Positions 47,922 to 50,406 of a stretch of 50,406 nucleotides of DNA are shown piece after piece. Under the pieces are notes generated by a model. It made no database searches, was not told the origin of the DNA, and was given only the letters and a program-made list of their open reading frames with translations. Source of the DNA: Promethearchaeota archaeon (lineage in GTDB: Archaea; Asgardarchaeota; Lokiarchaeia; Sigyniarchaeales; SOKP01); the NCBI GenBank assembly GCA_019058015.1, contig JAHLWH010000066.1:1-50406 (forward strand). The letters run 5' to 3'. Each line of letters begins with the position of its first letter. Within the stretch, counting starts at the first letter, position 1. The position numbers and the translations under genes are program-made.

Positions 47922-48971
47922 TTAAGGTAAAGTAAAATTATGTATTGGGTCTTCATATTTCCTACCCATTACAATACTTATATCTCTCATATGCATGTTA
48001 TAAACAGCTGTCCATTGTGTTGAGTATGAAGGATTAGTCTGAGAAACATCTTCCAATAGTTCCATTGCCTCTATCAGAGTAAGTTTCCCATTATGATTAC
48101 TCAAAACACCTTGACATGTTGTATATCTTGAACATAGAGCTTTTTCTTGCTCGCTGCTACCATATATAACAAAATTTGTTGAAACTTGCCATAAGTTATC
48201 ATTTCTGAGAACTTTCATATCACCATCAACCCATTCAATAATTGCAGAATTGCCCTCGGCATCCGCAATTAAGTAATGAAGGGGTGGCCCGGGTGGAAAA
48301 TATATATTATAACTTTCCCATAAATTAATAACTTCTTCAATTGTTTTTGCATAATCCAAAGCTAGCCTCATAATGGAACAACTATTAAGCGTAATTTTAT
48401 TAGGAACTATTGGACAGTCCGCTTGAGGAACAGCCATACATCCAATAGTTAATCCAAATTCATTCATTCCATCTAATGGATAGTGAGGGGATATCAAAAG
48501 ATTTCTTTGGGATTCAATAGACATCTGTGAAACCTGTTCATCATTGGAAAATCCAAGCATTCCCATATCTACCATAGTAACTGATGCATATCCATAAGGA
48601 GAGTCAGAAAATAAGAGAAGTTTTGGACCATAAGACCAATCAAAATTTCTACCAAAAAGCATATCACTCGCATTATTTAATGCCGCAAAACATGTGCAAG
48701 CCCAATATATATTCTTATCAGTACTTTGAACATGAACATTCATACCACTCTCTAGATATTGTTCAAATCCATAATCTCCGTAATATGTCATAACATAAAG
48801 AGGATGATCATCAATTTTTTCTAAGCTTGATAAGGTTTTTTGGTCATTTTCAGAGAGTGAACTCTGATCTGAGATAATAATAACAGTTATTGAAGCGATT
48901 ACAACTAACCCAACAATCAAAAAAACAATGAAATATTTTTTTAAGCTAAATTTTTTTATCTCTTTTTCCAA
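47922..48971 (-). CDS. Membrane-anchored Ntn hydrolase (linear amide C-N hydrolase / choloylglycine hydrolase-like)
   Basis: N-terminal TM, ACTCF (latent nucleophile Cys), GRNFDW, DGMNEFGL and STNF. Confidence 0.82.
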   Translation of the reverse strand: MEKEIKKFSLKKYFIVFLIVGLVVIASITVIIISDQSSLSENDQKTLSSLEKIDDHPLYVMTYYGDYGFEQYLESGMNVHVQSTDKNIYWACTCFAALNNASDMLFGRNFDWSYGPKLLLFSDSPYGYASVTMVDMGMLGFSNDEQVSQMSIESQRNLLISPHYPLDGMNEFGLTIGCMAVPQADCPIVPNKITLNSCSIMRLALDYAKTIEEVINLWESYNIYFPPGPPLHYLIADAEGNSAIIEWVDGDMKVLRNDNLWQVSTNFVIYGSSEQEKALCSRYTTCQGVLSNHNGKLTLIEAMELLEDVSQTNPSYSTQWTAVYNMHMRDISIVMGRKYEDPIHNFTLP

Positions 48972-49054
48972 ATTAAAATCTACTGTTCCATATTATTTAA
49001 TTTTAATAGTATATATTCCATAATTTCATTAACTTTAATTTGTTGAACATTAAA

Positions 49055-50406
49055 TTATAAACTTTTTGATTTGATTACACGAGAACTCAATAAATCAATA
49101 ATTGCTTTATAAATTTCAATCTTTTCATTATTTTCTAGTCGTAATTTTTCAAAAAACACATCATCTAATTGTTTTTTCAAGTTTTTAATTTTTTCTAATG
49201 AAACTTGCTTTGGATGTCTCGTTCCAATCTCATTATATATAGAATCTATGGGCTCAATATATAATTTTTTAAGTAAATTTTCCACTTTTTTATAATCTTC
49301 ATCCGAGATTTCATCTGGATTAAACACTAATAGCTTCTCAGCTAAGAATTCACTTAATTCTGCTACTGTCACAGAGCCCGTGAGCTCATATCCAGAGAGC
49401 TCATAAAAAAGCCGCCCAAGAGTTGAATTTAGAAATGCTAATACAATATTCAGCGAATACTTAGATTCCAATTTAATTTCATATAATGTCTGATCACAAT
49501 AAACGCCTTCATTATTAAAATAAACATAGAACTTCTCCCCCATTCGCTTTGGAAATAGAATTTGATATGGCTCTCGAACCCCCAAATCATACCAGCGTTG
49601 TCGATTCTTCATTGTTCTACGATTATGGAAGCCTTGAGATTCTCCCCAATTGATATAATTCAAGATTCCCTTCTTTAAATTTTGCTTATTATCGTGAATT
49701 ATAAGGACAACTTGATTTAACGACTCCGGTTTAATTTTAACAAAATCACTTTCTCTTGGACTTTTAATTAAATAATTCGGTACCCAATCATTTAACTTCT
49801 TATGCATCCAATACTCCTTCTCTATACTAAATCTCAACTGATTTGACTTTAAATCATATAATAACAAATCCATTGTTTTAGAGTCCTTCTCAGTGTAAAA
49901 ATTCTGATTCTTTTTACCCGGCGCTGGAATATAAAAAAATTGATTGGCTCCAGTAGTAAAGCCCCGCCGAAATGTGCCTATTTCTTTTAGCGGAACCAAA
50001 AACTCCTTTCCTTTTTCCAATAAAATAAAATAAATATCAGGCGCTCTCAGAAATATATCCCACTTCGAACCTATATATTTGCCAACTTCTTTATCATAAC
50101 CGCGATTCCAGAGATCTCCCTGGTTAATTGGGAAAATTCTAATATTATGTTCCATATCAACTGTATAATTATCCAAATCGTTAATATAGTTCCAAAATGC
50201 ATCATTCATTTGCCATCGCTCATTTTCACCCAAATCTTCACTCTTATCAATATTTGTAAATTTGCTTAAAATATTTTCTAATTTATCCCGCAACTGTATA
50301 AATTTCACAACATTATGCAAGCGTTCCAATTCATTGGAACACTTCTCCAATATGATAATTATCGTATCAACTTCTGCAAACTCAAAAAATCGCTCCACCT
50401 TCGAGC
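49055..50406 (-). CDS. Type IIG-like restriction-modification enzyme / DNA methyltransferase, C-terminal part; gene starts beyond the window
   Basis: SKVERFFEFAEVDTIIIILEK, RRGFTTGANQFFY, YINWGE...RWYDL and LAFLNSTL (TaqI-C-like target-recognition region). Confidence 0.75.
   Translation of the reverse strand, partial: SKVERFFEFAEVDTIIIILEKCSNELERLHNVVKFIQLRDKLENILSKFTNIDKSEDLGENERWQMNDAFWNYINDLDNYTVDMEHNIRIFPINQGDLWNRGYDKEVGKYIGSKWDIFLRAPDIYFILLEKGKEFLVPLKEIGTFRRGFTTGANQFFYIPAPGKKNQNFYTEKDSKTMDLLLYDLKSNQLRFSIEKEYWMHKKLNDWVPNYLIKSPRESDFVKIKPESLNQVVLIIHDNKQNLKKGILNYINWGESQGFHNRRTMKNRQRWYDLGVREPYQILFPKRMGEKFYVYFNNEGVYCDQTLYEIKLESKYSLNIVLAFLNSTLGRLFYELSGYELTGSVTVAELSEFLAEKLLVFNPDEISDEDYKKVENLLKKLYIEPIDSIYNEIGTRHPKQVSLEKIKNLKKQLDDVFFEKLRLENNEKIEIYKAIIDLLSSRVIKSKSL

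Noticed and set aside
42753-48793. Overlapping alternative ORFs (42753, 43110, 44181, 44884, 46544, 48584)
   Set aside because: They are shadows or alternative frames of supported genes with no motifs.

Overview
AT-rich prokaryotic chromosomal window, most likely archaeal and plausibly Asgard/Lokiarchaeia-like. This is an inference from gene content (archaeal thiolase plus DUF35, DUF106/EMC3 protein, paralogous GPH-type MFS and ACD-alpha genes, frequent TTG starts, GGTGA/GAGGT RBS motifs); no marker gene is present. I found no rRNA, tRNA, CRISPR array or intact transposase/integrase. The left arm (1-19.3 kb) and right arm (34.5-50.4 kb) mostly carry metabolic genes: LarA-family racemase with a D-2-hydroxyacid dehydrogenase, haloalkane-dehalogenase-like hydrolase, acyl-CoA synthetase alpha subunits, ABC exporter, 3-hydroxyacyl-CoA dehydrogenase, thiolase/DUF35, MFS transporters, a GlpA-like trio and a partial type IIG restriction-modification gene. 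The centre holds a tightly packed 11-gene minus-strand cluster (20901-33720): PP-loop protein, GT4, HEAT-repeat protein, orphan, GT32-TPR, FkbM methyltransferase, radical SAM/SPASM, class I methyltransferase, divergent GH57 and B12 radical SAM. It is bracketed by two homologous decayed ABC-exporter 5' fragments and is the best candidate for an undescribed glycan-tailoring system. Other notable signals are a duplicated polyproline zinc-protein/ACD unit with extra DNA in one copy, a 41-bp direct repeat, an amber-interrupted methyltransferase, two genes that appear to need ATT starts (one missed by the ORF track) and a dsRBD-less RNase III-family gene.
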